64,000 nucleotides of DNA from Antechinus flavipes (taxonomy: Eukaryota). A program made the position numbers and the translations under genes. The DNA lies in assembly GCF_016432865.1 (NCBI RefSeq), contig NC_067403.1:254882001-254946000 (forward strand), written 5' to 3'. Shown piece after piece: positions 1 to 12,081 of the stretch. How positions within the stretch are numbered: position 1 is the first letter of the stretch; every line of letters begins with the position of its first letter. The notes under the pieces are model-generated. The model made no database searches, was not told where the DNA came from, and worked only from the letters and a program-made list of their open reading frames with translations.

Positions 1-1049
1 CAGATTCTGGTGCCAAGGTGGCCCCGGGCACAGCGGGCTTCGGGAGATTTGTTATCCAACTCATGGCACACCTGACCCCAAACCAACAGGCCCCAAACTT
101 CACACCCATCTGGAGCCCAGGCCCCAGCGGGGAAAAGGCACCCGGAGACCCCACTTCAGAGAATGAGAGCCCAGTGTTCACCCCCAGTTGCCAGGGGAGG
201 AGGGATGGCGTTCCTCATGCCCACAGGAAGGAGGGGGGATTTGACCTTCAGCCATTTGATCAGGAGGAAGATGAAGCAGGACCCCAGATCCTGGGGCTGG
301 GACCCTTCCCCTCCCCCTGCCAGCTTGTAGGTATCCAGGGGCTTCTTGCTGACTAGTCCTGGCTCCTGCAACCTTGCTATTCTGAGATGCCCCCAGCCCC
401 AGCTCCCCCTCCTCACAGCTGATTCCCTCCTGGCCACCCCCCATGTACCCCCTGCTGTCATCCAGAAGGGGATAGGTCACTCTGGATTTCTAAGACCCTT
501 TCCAGGCAAGCATAGCAGTTGAATCCCTCTAGAATCAGGGGAAGGGCCCAGGGGGATCTCCAGAGCACCAGACCTGGGGGGTGGGGGGTGACCTCGGGCA
601 GGCTCATCTTGAGCCCACTCCCATTTCCTGCTCTGGGCTGGCGGGGAGTAATCTGAAACCCTTCCATTTTATTCTCCAACAGGAAGAGGAGCCCAGGGTT
701 ATTTCCACCGGGGGAGAGGGGGCAGCCAGGTTCCTTCTGGGAGAGGTGGAGCTGGACCTCTAGGGGAAAGGCCCTTTTAACGGGACGGTCAAGCAGGGAA
801 GGAACACCCTTAGTCCTGCAGGATGGGGCAAGGGTTGTTATTCAGGAAGGGAGGGGCGGCTACAGGAGCTCCCCGCACATGCACCAAAGCCGGGCTACGG
901 GGAGAAATTGAGGCACGGAAGAGCAGGGGTCACTCAAGGTCACATGGTTCTTAAGGCCTGGCTACAATTCAGGGGCTCCCCTCCTGCACGGGGTCGGGAG
1001 GATCCGCAACAGGGCTCCGGCTGAGAAGCCTGAGACCTGGAGCTTGGGG

Positions 1050-2300
1050 GAAACTGAGTCAGGGTCCGCCAGGAGTGAGGGAGGACTGGGGGTAAAATGG
1101 CGCCACAGTCCTAGAGGAGGCGGGAGCCAGCGCGACCCGCACTGCGCTCGGCCGGAAGTAGAGGTGGCCGGGTCGGAAGTCGCCCTTAACCCTAAGACCG
1201 GGAAGCCGGCGTTCAGCTAGGGGCGTCCGGGAGAAGAGCGAGCCAAGAAGGGGAAGTGACATCACCTCCTGCACGAGTCCAGCGGGTCTCTCGACCAGAC
1301 CGACCCCCGCAGCCTCACGTGACTAGGGCGGTTCTAGGGGCGGAGTCCCGAGGTTCCCTGACCAATGACAGAGGGCGGCGTGGCCCCGACCGAGGCGTGG
1401 TGGCGGCGCGTGCGCAGTGGTGGCGGCGGCGGCGGCGCTGATCAGGACTCCGGGGGCGCGGTGAGGAGGTGAGCGGGGGGCCGCAGCCCGGGGCGGGGAC
1501 GGGGCCGGGGCCGGGGCCCGGGGGTTCGCCGAGGGGCAGGGTAGCAGGGAGAAGGACCCGGGGATATTGCCGGCGGGGTGATGCCGCAGGGGGCGGAGTC
1601 GTATTCAGCAGGGGGCGGGGCCCCAAGCCAAGGGGCGGGGGCTGATCAAGGAGAAGGTGGGGCCCCGAGTCGGGAGCCGAGTCCCGGGCTAACGGACCTT
1701 GGAGCTCCGGGGGCGGAGCCGGGACCCGCAGTGGGCGGGTCCGTGAGCGAGGGCGGGACCCTGGCCCTGGGGGCGGGGCTGGCCCCGCGGAAGCACGCAG
1801 CTATTGGCCAGGGGGCGGACCCCAGGGCGGAGGTGGGCGGAGCATCGGGCCCCGGGGCTGAGCCTCTGAAGGGCGGGGCCCAAGCACCCCGGCCCTCTGC
1901 GGGCAAGGGGGAGAGCCCTGGGCTGGGGAGCCGAGGAGGCCTCCGGGGAGGGCGAGCCTGGGGTCGAGGTCGGCCCCGGACCCCCCCAGGAGAAGTGGTG
2001 TGGGTAGAAAGGGAGCAGCGGGCGCCAGACCCGGGCCCCGTGTGGGTGCCCCGCAGACCTCCACGGGCTCAGAGCTGGGGGGGTGCCCCCGGGGGAGGGG
2101 GGGGTCAGGCCTGGGGGGTCACCTCCACGGACAGGGGCTCCCCAGAGCCCACGGGAGACGTGTGGGTCCCCAGGGGGCGCCCCCCATCCGTTGGCGAGGT
2201 GTGGGTGTGCTGGGCTGGAGGGGCCTGGGTGTGGCGCGAGTGGGGGGTGCCCGTGGGGCCCGCAGGGGGGCAGCCGGAGAGGGTCTGGACCTTGCGGAAA
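1050..2300 (+). promoter_or_regulatory. CpG-island promoter of FKBP2
   Basis: Dense CpG and GC boxes. YY1-like AAAATGGCG 1094-1102, ETS CCGGAAGT ~1152, E-box TCACGTGAC 1315-1323, CCAAT 1362-1366. Candidate non-coding exon donors at 1461/1469 (GTGAG) and 2485 (CAG|GTAAGT). Confidence 0.75.
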
Positions 2301-2691
2301 GGGGAGGCCACCAAGGGCGCAGGAGGAAACTGAAGGGCGGGGGATCAGGGCAGGGAATGAGCGGGACTGGGGGGTGGGATCCGTGTCGACAGCTTTGGGG
2401 CAGGACCCCCGGCTGCTGTGTCTTCCCCTCGTCCCCTCCCCCCGCTGCTGGGCTCAAAGGTCAAGCCCCCTTTCCGCTGGACAGGTAAGTGTGGCTGCCG
2501 AGGTCTGCTGGGGAGTGGGGCGGGGGCCCTGAGGGATAACTCACTGAGGGGGGTGGGCACAACTGCTGGCAGTGACCCCAAAACAGACGAGGGCGGGGGC
2601 ACCTGGCTGGGATGGGGGGCTTTGGGGGTGCAGCCACCCAGCTCCCAGTGACCGTCTCGTCGGCCCTCCCCTGCTTTGTGCCCACAGGGTC

Positions 2692-3904
2692 ATGCAGCTG
2701 AGCTGGCTTCTGGTCTTCCTGTCCCTCTGCCTGGGTGTCCTGCCCACCAGGGCAGGGGAGGGGAAGCGAAAGCTGCAGATTGGAGTCAAAAAACGGGTGG
2801 ACCATTGCCCGCTCAAGTCCCGCAAGGGGGACGTGCTCCACATCCACTACACTGTGAGCGGGGGGCGGGGTTCCTCCTGGAGGGCTGCGGGCAGGACCCC
2901 AGGGCTGGGGGGGGGGGGCCCTGCGCCCCGGTCCTCTGCCTGCCTGCGACCTCACCCCCTCTCCCTCCGCAGGGGAGGCTGGAGGATGGCACCGAGTTTG
3001 ACAGCAGCCTCCATCGAGACCAGCCTTTTGTCTTCTCCTTGGGGACAGGCCAGGTCATCAAGGGCTGGGACCAGGGGCTCCTCGGGTAAGTGGGAGGGGG
3101 CCGGGAGGCGGGGGCCGGCTCGGCGCTCCGCTGCTGTGGCTGCAGGGCTGTTCTCCTTGCAGGATGTGTGAGGGGGAGAAGCGGAAGCTGGTGATCCCCT
3201 CAGAGCTGGGTAAGAGCCCGGGGCTTTGGGGTGGGGGCGCTGCACCGCACTGCCAGGAAGCAGCTTGTCGCGGGGCCGGGTGTCCCCCTCCCCGCCCCCA
3301 GAGGAGGCGGCTCTGTCCTGCTGCTCAGGACCTGGCGCTGCCCGCCCTTGACGTCCCCATCACGACCTGAGGGGTCTTCCAGGGGCTCTTGCCTTCTCCC
3401 CCACTTCCCGGGGCTTCTGGGAGAGCTGTCTCTAACAGCCCGAGCTCTTGCCTCTGCCCCTCCTGGAATTCTAAAGAGGGCTGGCACATGAAAGCCATCG
3501 CCGGCTCCCTCGGGAGAGAGGCTGAAGGGCCCGGGAGGTGGGGGGCCTCCCCCGTCCAAGGCTGTCCCTGTGCCCCGGGGGCCCTGGGAGCTTTGCCCAT
3601 CTGCTTCTGCTTTAGGGTCTGGGAGAGGAGGCACCTAAATGGGCGTCCCCCAGGGCGGGGGAAGGGGAAGGTGTGGGCCAGACGCCTCCTTCACGTACCT
3701 ACTTCTCCCCACAGGATATGGGGATCGAGGGGCTCCCCCGAAGATTCCAGGTAATTGGACCTTGTTCCCCGCTCCCCCCGGGCTGGAGGAAGGCTGGCCT
3801 CTGCCCTCCGCCATGCTCTGAAGCCTCCTTCCCTCCCCCCAGGTAGAGCCACATTGGTGTTTGAGGTGGAGCTGCTGAAGATCGAGCGGAGACCCGAACT
3901 CTAG
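2692..3904 (+). CDS. FKBP2: FK506-binding protein 2 (FKBP13), ER peptidyl-prolyl isomerase, 139 aa
   Basis: Coding exons 2692-2853, 2973-3085, 3163-3209, 3715-3750, 3843-3904; all GT-AG with consistent phases (420 nt). Signal peptide [19 protein letters not shown] motifs [34 protein letters not shown] and [13 protein letters not shown]-terminus RRPEL*. Confidence 0.97.
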
Positions 3905-3993
3905 CAGAGGGGCCGGGGAGGGGGAGGGGAGGGGGGTGGGGGGAGTCAGGAAGTCCTTCTCTCAGGGGACCATTCTTTGTTTAAAAAAAGTGA

Positions 3994-3999
3994 AATAAA
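3994..3999 (+). terminator. FKBP2 polyadenylation signal AATAAA
   Basis: AATAAA 90 nt after the stop, followed by a GT-rich tract (gtgtgtgtgtgg). Confidence 0.8.
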
Positions 4000-4813
4000 A
4001 AAAAGCCAAAGGGAGCGTGTGTGTGTGTGGCCCTTGTGCAGAGGCGGGCAGAGCCGGAGCGGGGCAGGCTGGGCTGATAAGCATGTGGGCCCGCCTCTGG
4101 GCCCACTCGGCTGCGCCCACTCTGGGCCCTGCCCGCTTGGCTGCGCCCCACCCCACTCTGGGCAGCCCTTCCCTAGCTGGGTGGCCTTATTTCAGCTGGG
4201 AAGCCGGCCTCAAAAACCTCAGCAGGCCTGCCCACGGGCTGGAGCAGAACCCAGGAATCCCAGCCTCCTTTCCTAGCTTGTAGTGCCATGTTGTGCCACA
4301 CGGGGGCACAGGAAACCCGGCTTTCCCGGAGAACTTGGGCAGAGTGAAGGGGCTGGGCCCGGTGGGATGGGCAAGGGAGCAGAAGCCAGTTCTGGGGCAA
4401 GCCAAGAAAAGCAGGGGAAGGCCCGGTTGATTCCTGTGCCCTCGGTGGGTGGCAGGAGTTGGCATGGTGCCCGTGTGGCTGAGCCCAGGCCGGAAGCCCG
4501 GGCCGGAAAGGGGGCACATGCCTTCCAGCTGACATCAGCAGCGCCAGCCACCCCGCCCGCCTCCCCAGCCCCAGCCTCCCCAGCCACTTCTGTCTCCAGT
4601 CTGGGGATGGAGCTCTGGGTTGTCGCCACAGCAACAGGGCCTTGGAGGAAGGCTTGCTGGAGCCTCCTGGGGTCCAGCGGGCACAAGGACCCCTCAGGCT
4701 CCGGGCAGCGTTCTGTGGGCGCCCGCCCCTCACCCCCAGCAGGCAGGAGACGCCGGCTCCCACCCCCCAAGCACACAGACCAGGCTCAACGTGCACAAAA
4801 GGCAGGTCCTGGC

Positions 4814-4819
4814 TTTATT
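4814..4819 (-). terminator. PPP1R14B polyadenylation signal
   Basis: TTTATT on + (AATAAA on -), ~270 nt downstream of the stop. Confidence 0.75.
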
Positions 4820-5090
4820 CAAGGGCCTGTGCGGCCATCGATATAAAAACACAAAAAGTCCCTCAGCTTAATAACAATAAAAAAACCCCAAACGGAAACT
4901 CAGGGGGGCAGGGAGAGGCCCCGAAGAGGAGCTCGAGGGGCCCTCTGGGGGGCACCAGGCCCAGACAGCAGGGCCCCCCCCTCAAGTATTGCTGTTGCTA
5001 CGAGGTCTGGGGAAGTAGGGGTGGGCAGCGATTGTCCTGGTGGGTGGCCCCCGCCTCGCCCCAGTCAAGGGTCGGGTGGGGGGCGGGGCC

Positions 5091-7351
5091 TCACTTCTTC
5101 TGGGGTGTGCTCAGCTTTTGCATCCCTCGGATCTTGTCTAGCAGGTCAGAGATGAAGGCCTGGAGGGAGAGAAGCCGAGTTGGGGCGGAGAGGGGGCCGC
5201 GGGACCCAGGCAGGACGCCTGGGTCCCCAGAGCCCCTTGGATGGGGGGAGCGGCTTGTGGATGGGGACCCCCCCCCCACCCACAGGCTCTTACCTCGGTG
5301 GGTTTGTAACAGTCAACCAACAGCTCCTGAGGGAAAGAGAGGCACACAGTGAAGCCCTCGTGGACCCCCCGCCCCAGCCCAACCCGGCTCCAGAGCTGCC
5401 CCGAGCTCAGGGCGACCCCACGGGCAAGCCCTGAACGTGCAGCTGAAGCCCAAGGCCCGCGCCCAGGAAGGGCCGGGGGCTCGGGCTCTCTTCCCGCCCC
5501 TTCCCCACCTTCCCCACCTTGACTCGGGCAGCCCGGGTGCTGTCAGTCTCCATGTCCAAAAGCTCATCCACGTCAATCTCCAGCTCAGGGATTTCTTCTT
5601 CCTGGGAGACAGAAGGGGCCGAGTTGGGGCACAGAGGGGGAGAGCCCGGGCTCCCCTGCCCTACCCTCAAGCACCCGCTTCCCTCCTCGAGCTCTTTTGG
5701 AAGGTAGAGGGTGGCAGCTGCAGGGATAAAGAAACGGGGCCAACAGCAGAGGCTGAAGGGGAGACAAGTTGCCAGAGAAGAATCAAGGCAGCCTCCTGCC
5801 AGCGGGCACAATGGGGCCAAAGGAGGAAGGGTGCCAGACGGCTACTGCCCGGGGAGCCCCAAAGTGAGGGCGCTCGGAGAAGGCAGACGGGGGCAGGGCG
5901 GGCAGAAAGAAGCTGGGTCCCTCCTGGCAAGGGCACTCTCCCTTCGGGCACAGGTGGTGCCAGCTGCCTCTGTTCATCGGCTCCTGCCCCCTCCCCTCAT
6001 CCCCCCAAACACCTGCCATGAACTTCCTGCCCAGCAAGGGGGAGGGGGGCTCCGCCACATCCCAGCCCCCTCCCTGGGAAGCGGCAGCTGGAGGGGGGAG
6101 AGAGGAGAGGAAGTGAGGATTGGGAGGGGTCGGAGGTCAGAGCTGAGAAGCCCGGGACCCTTGGAAACAGGAACAATGGCGGGCTCTGGGCGAGGGGGAG
6201 GGAGCCCCCAGGCGCTGCCAGCCGCCCCTTCCAGAAGCAGCTGCATTCCAGGGCAGGGCCCCGGCCTCCTCCACCCCACCGCACCCTTGGGTCCCTGACT
6301 CATCCCATGAGCAAGCCCGGTGTCGGGGCAGGAGAGGGCGGGAAGAGCCCCGGCGGGCAGACAATGGGTGCCTCCCCGCACCCCCTCCCCAACCAGGGCC
6401 CGTCCTTGCGGGCCCTTCCCAGCTCTCGGAGACCTCGCATGGGGGCGCCAAACAACGGCCGAACCCCTTCTTCCTAATCTCGGGAGCCGGGGGGCTCAAG
6501 CCCACGGGAGTGGGAAGCCGGTACACCACGAGGGCAAGGGGAGGGGCCGGCTCTCCCCAAGTGGGGTGCGAGGAGTTCCCGGCCAGGTGGGGGGCTGGGG
6601 GAGGACACGGGAGGGAAGAGAAGAAAGGAGGAGTGGGGGTGGGGAGCGTTCGTGGCTGGCCGGGGGCCGGGGGTGCTCGGGACGCTAGGGGACAGAGGCC
6701 GGTGGGAGGACCAGGCTGGCGCGGGGCGGGGTGGGCTGGGTCTCAGACCCACTCGAGAAGGGGTGGGGAGCCAGGGTCCCAGACCAGGGTGGGGGGGAAA
6801 GGGAGTGGGGAAGCAGAGTCCCAGACTAGGGGGAGGAGGGGAGCCAGCACTGTCCCAAACCAGCCGAGGGGGGAAGGAGGGGGAGTGAGACCAGGGTTCC
6901 AGATGGGGGGGAAGTGGGGGGAAGCGGGGCCAGGTCCCGGATCGGGATGGGAGTTGGTACCAGAGTCCCAGATCATCATGGGGGTTGGAGGGGCAGAGTC
7001 TTAGACAGAGCAGGGGAAAGGGTGCCAGAGGGGGCAGGGGGACAGGGTGCCAGAGTGAGGTGGGGGGTGGGGGTGGGGGTGGGCGGGGTCCCGGCCCCCG
7101 CTCACCTGGCAGTCGTACAAGCCGGTGAGCTGCTCCAGGATCCACTCCTCCAGGTTGAGCCGCTTCCGCAGCTCCTTGCGGTCATACTTGACCGTGACCT
7201 TGCCCTGGCGCCGCACCGGGCCCTCGTCCTCCGCCCCGGCCGGACCCTCGCCAGCCGCGCCCGGGGGGCTCTGGAAGTAGACGCGGGGGCCGGGGCCGGC
7301 CCCCCCGGGGGCCGCCACCGCCGCGCCGCCCGCCGGGCCGCTGTCCGCCAT
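5091..7351 (-). CDS. PPP1R14B: Protein phosphatase 1 regulatory inhibitor subunit 14B (PHI-1), 143 aa
   Basis: Coding exons 7106-7351, 5518-5601, 5294-5326, 5091-5159; all phase 0, GT-AG. MADSG...RVYFQSP, CPI-17-family motif RQGKVTVKYDRKELRKRLNLEEWI, EIPELEIDVDELLD, ELLVDCYKPTE, AFISDLLDKIRGMQKLSTPQKK*. Confidence 0.97.
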
Positions 7352-8650
7352 CCGCGGCCGGGCCGAGGCCGAGGACGCCGGGCCACGTGCACGCACGCGC
7401 GGGGCGCCCGCGGGCGGACGGACGGACGGACCGCCGGACGGCGCCAGGGGCCGCTGCCCCCCGCCGCGCTCCGCCGCGCCCCGCCCCGGCCCGCCCCGCC
7501 GCCGCCCTTTGTCCCCGCCGCGCGAGCCGGAGCCGCCGCCGGAGCCTCCGGAGCCGCCGCCGCCGCCGCCGCCTCTGTGTCTCGCTGGCTCCCCCTTCCC
7601 CGACCACACCCCCTTAAAGGGCCCGCCTCGCTGCGGGCCGCCCCCTCCCCAGGCCGGGCCGGCCTCCGCGCTCGGACCCGGGCCCGCCCCCGGGCCTCCC
7701 CCCTCAGCCCGGGACCCCGGCGCCCCCGGCCTCAGACTGCGGGGAGTCCCCGATGGGGCGTGGCCTGGAAGAGGGGGTCGCTTGGGGTGGGGAAGGCTTT
7801 AGTGCCTCTGTTGCTTACTCCCCTGTCCCCGCACCGCGCTGCGGAGTTGAGAGACCACGGGGGGCGGGGGCGACCGGCACCGCTCAGGCCAGACTTGGGG
7901 GGGTCTGGGGGAAGGGGGCCCCCAAGATGGCTGCGCCCCGGGCAGTCTGGGCAATGTAGTTCCGAGGGTCTGGGCTGGGTCGCCCATCCCCCCACCGGAC
8001 GCTCAGACCTTGCTCCCCCCTCCCCCACTAAGGGTCTCCTAGCTCCGGAAGAGCGCTGGGGAGTAGGGACGGGGGCCTGGGGCACACGCTCCGGCCTTCC
8101 CGGAGCCCTTCCCGCGGTGCATCGTGGTCCCCTCTGCCCGGGTCACCGAGCTCGGCCCCGTCCCCGGCCCAAAGAGCCCTGGGGCGGACCTGTCCCCGTT
8201 TGATGAAAAGGAGGGGCACGGGCCCGACCTCCGAACTAGCGGAGCGGGAAGGTGGCGCCCTGGCCGGACTCGGCTCGTTTCTGCAGAAACGGCTCCACTT
8301 CCGCTTGTTAGCCCCATCTGTGGCTGTTCGGTCCGCTCTGCGTGGCCGCATTTAGGGTTTTCTGGGCAGAGTCGCTGGAGGGCTCGGCCATTTCCTGCTC
8401 CAGCTCGTATTACAGAGGGGGAAAGTGAGGCCACCTGGGCCACCCACGTGGGGAGAGCTCCAGCCTGGATTCGAGCTCCTGGACACTGCGAGCCGGTGCT
8501 CCGCGCGCTGCGGCGCCCCCTAGCGGCCCCACTTCGCAGAAGACAAACTGAGGCAACCATAAGTGCAGTTCTGAGAACATTAGAACTCGGGTCTTGCCTC
8601 TTTCTGCGCACGACGCCACCTAGCGGCCTCAAGGTGAAGCGTCACAGGTC
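7300..8650 (-). promoter_or_regulatory. CpG island / promoter of PPP1R14B
   Basis: Very high CpG density, GC boxes and (GCC)n runs in and upstream of exon 1. Confidence 0.7.
8460..8632 (-). mobile_element. Two degenerate tRNA-derived CORE-SINE (MAR1/WSINE-like) 5' ends
   Basis: Reverse strand reads ggggccgctagggggcgccgcag...gagctcgaatccagg and ggccgctaggtggcg...gacccgagttc, matching the marsupial SINE head ggggcagctaggtggcgcag...gagttcaaatcc (A and B boxes). Confidence 0.55.
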
Positions 8651-9570
8651 TCCCCTGTTGCTAGGAGATGGACTCTGAACCGTTCTCGGGTATTTGACAG
8701 TTGGGGAAACTGAGAGTCAAAAGAAGCCGACTCAGTGCTCCTTCACGTGGATCTGGGTCAGTGGGCTTGGGTCCAAATGGAAGTTGGGTGTGGGTTAGTG
8801 GGAGAAGGTGGGATTTGGGCGCCTGAGGACCCCAGCTCAGCCTGCTTCAGACCCATTTAGATGGGGGGAGGGGCTGAGATGCAGGGGGGAGGGGGGAGGG
8901 GCTGAGATGCAGGGGGGAGGGGGGGCACTGAGCCCATTTCTTCCTCTGGAGCCGCAGCAGTTAGCTGACCAAGGGGAGATGGCCGGAGCCCGAATGGCAG
9001 GGTGACGACTTAGGGGCCAAGTGTGCCCGAAGAGGCGGGATCCAGAAGGAAGTCACCCCTCATCAAGGGAGACAGGCCCGAGCTGAGGCAAGGCCCAGAG
9101 CCGGTCGGGGGGCCAGGAATCGGAGGAGAGGCCCACAGAAGCAGGGCTGGGCGAGCAGGAAGGAAACCAGAGGCGCAGCAGAAACGTCCGCACTCCGTCC
9201 CAGCTCCGCCGAGGGCGCGGGCCCAACGGGAAGACCCCCGGATTTAGGACCTCCAGTCAACGCAGCGCCCAACCCAGTGCTAGAGCACTCGATGAAAAGT
9301 GGTCTGCTCCAGGAGAGAGCTCGGGCCCCTCGCGCCACTTTTTCTTCGTTTTATTTTCCTTGTTTTTGTCCGTGGCTGATGTGGGAATATATTAGCATAA
9401 TTGTATATTTGCAGTTTTCTGTTTCTTGCCATCTCCGTATGTGGGGGAAGGAAGAGAAAGAATTCAGAACTAAAATGAAATAAAATTGAATTTAAAAATC
9501 AATTGAGACTCTTTTTTAATGGTACAGGAGACAGATTGCTGGGGTAAAAAAAAAATCCAAATCTACTTTT

Positions 9571-9825
9571 GGATACTTACTAGCTATGTGACACTGGCCA
9601 GGTTGTTCCACCTCAGACTGCCTCAGTCTCCTCCTCTGTGAAATGGGGATCATTAATATTTGTGAAGCACCTGGCAGTAGTAGGCATTCTATCATATAAA
9701 TCATATCAAACCATGATTAAGATTCCCTTCACTTCTGACCTGATGTGGGTCATTTCACTCCAAGAAGACAAAGACTTGTCCAAAGTCACGGGGAAAGTGG
9801 GGACTCTGAACTCAAGGCCCATCCT
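9571..9825. mobile_element. MIR SINE fragments (both orientations)
   Basis: tacttactagctatgtgac...cctcagtctcctcctctgtgaaatggggat (MIR core, +); gacttgtccaaagtcac...tgaactcaagg (-). Confidence 0.7.
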
Positions 9826-10401
9826 TTTCAAAGTCTGCCGGACCTGGTCTCATCTGAGGCTCCCGACCTCCCTCCGGCCCAGTGTCCCCGACTCCAGGCC
9901 TCCCTCCCCTTTCCGTAACTTCCCCAGCCTGGGGTGGGGGGGGGGGAGAGGGGGGCAAAGGACAAGATGAGGAGAGAAATGAGAACTAGCGCCCCCAGCC
10001 CATGTGGGCCTGGCCCTGCTGGGAGGCTGGTCCGGGTGGCTGCGGGATCAGTCTGAAGTCAGAGACGCTTCTAGGCGAAGGACAGAGACTGGAGGCCCAG
10101 TCCCGCTCCCTCTTTCATGGCGGCATCTCCAGTTGCTCGGTGGGCGCTCTGTTGCCCTTAAAAGCTGGTCTGTTGGACTGGTCAGTCACTGTGGGGGACT
10201 GGGAGGCTCCCTGGAGGAGGGGGACGGCGGTGGCCGTGAATGTTGCCCAGGAAGCCCTTTTCCGTCTGAGCTGGGGGCTCCGGCATGGCAGTCTGACCCC
10301 ACGTCCCTCACAGCGGGTCTGTTCAAGACCCAGAGCAGAGGAAACGGGCAGCACCCCCGGGGCCAGCTTGGGTCACATCTCACCATATATTCCATGGCCT
10401 A

Positions 10402-10565
10402 GTATCAGAGCTGGGCGGGGGGGAGGCTTAGAACAGGAAGTGTCAGGGCTGGGAGGGGGCTTAGAACAGGGAGTGTCAGGACTAGGAAGGACCTTAAAAC
10501 AGGGAATGTCAGGGCTGGGAGGGGGCTTAGAACAGGGAGTGTCAGGGCCGAAAGGGGCCTTAGCA
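10402..10565 (+). repeat. 33-bp minisatellite x~5
   Basis: Unit ~gggagggggcttagaacagggagtgtcagggct; TTA anchors at 10428, 10461, 10494, 10527, 10560. Confidence 0.9.
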
Positions 10566-12081
10566 CTTACTATGACTTTACCTTAGAGAAGCTCTGTGAA
10601 GCTCTGACCCGAGGCCTGGGCCCAGCTCTCTCCTCTGCAGCGACCGCAGACAGGAAGTACTTCCTGGGCGGCTTGGGTGGGCAGTGGGCATTTGCAGACA
10701 CGCCGCTGGCCCGGGGTCCACGGTCCTCCCCCCGCTTTTCTGTGGCTTCCTGAGGAAAGGGGCCAAGGGCCTGAAATCAGGGCTGTCGGGAGAATCCAGG
10801 CCAGATGGCTGCCGCCCCTACCTTTCTCTACCTGTTCTTTACAGAGCAGCATCCCTAGAGGGGGGAAGGGAGGCTCATCAGGCAGGACAGAAACATCCCT
10901 CAAGAACAGCCCGGTCCCTTTGCTCTAATTCTGAGCAAGCTCCTGCTTCCGATTTAATTCTGTCTCTGAGCGGGAGCCTCCGGGAGCCAGGCCCCGGGCG
11001 GCGGACGCCGTGCTCTGGTTTCCGCTCCGGGTACATCACAGACCCCGTTATAATCCAGCATTGGGTCTCTGGTTCCCAGGCAGGCCCTTCTGGGCCTTCG
11101 GCTCAAGCGTCTGTTAATTAAGCTGCCCTTGACCTCCTCAATCTGCCAAAACTGGGCCCTGGGGCCGAACTAACCCTACCCGGGTGATGTAAGCACGGGA
11201 TACGTCCGCTGAGGCGGGAGCCGGCCCCCTCCCTGCAAGCCAGCGTTTTGGAGGGGCCGTGCGGGGTAGTAGCTAGAGCAGCATGGACTCTGTAGCCCGG
11301 ATGAGAACCCTGGCTCTATAATGAGCTTCAGGATGGAGGGATTCTCTGGGCTTCCAGGGGTTCAGACTCAATAATCCCACTTTCACTCAAGAGAAAAAAG
11401 AGCCCCTGGTACTAAGCTCACCCCCACCCCCAGCGCAGCCCGGCCAGGCTCAGCTTTTAAGGAGTTTGGAGGCTGATGGGAACGCGGAGGGTAAACAAAA
11501 ACTAAAGCGCCGTCCCTCCCCCCTCCCCCCTCCCCCCCACCCCCACCCCCACCCCGTTCGGATCCCAGAGCTTAGACTTTTCTGTCAACAGGAATTGCTC
11601 TTTTTCCCTCTTTGTTTTCCCTCTGCCCGGAGATCTCCAGGCTAGTTAATGTTCCAAGACATTGTGACCGCTGCCCAGGGGCCCAGCCTTTCAGCTCTGG
11701 CTCCAACTCTCCCCAGGAGGAGCGGGCTCCCGGGGTGCCCCTTGGATGAACCTCCTCCTTCCCTTCTACCCCCTTCCCCCCCCCCATCCCCCAACTGGCT
11801 CCTTTTACCTGTATCTAGCCCGGGGCATCTTCCAGGTCTGGACCATTCCAGGAACCAGGCAAGGAGGTCCAAGGTTTCCTGTATTCCCTGAAGAGGGCCA
11901 GCTTTCCCACATCCTGATTTCCCCACCCCCTTCCCGCCCCCCCTCCCCCTGCCCCTTTCCCACCCCCATCCTCATATTACCTAGCTAATGCTGCTTTCAG
12001 CTCGGCTGCCAGAGGCTCTGGGGAGGGTGGGGTGGGGTTAATCGAGGGTGGAGGCTGGAAGGCACCAGGCCTCTCCCTGCA

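Noticed and set aside
1-800. VEGFB last exon or 3' UTR expected here by synteny
   Set aside because: No frame gives a recognisable VEGFB C-terminus and no AATAAA is visible; synteny alone is not enough to call it.
1578-2532. Long overlapping Gly/Pro/Arg-rich ORFs
   Set aside because: Stop-codon scarcity in a GC-rich CpG island; no domain, no codon pattern.
7352-7609. In-frame GTG-initiated N-terminal extension of PPP1R14B
   Set aside because: An open frame is expected by chance at this GC content; no independent support.
10002-10586. 194-aa ORF with 11-aa repeats
   Set aside because: Periodicity comes from the 33-bp SINE-like minisatellite; no splice or promoter context.
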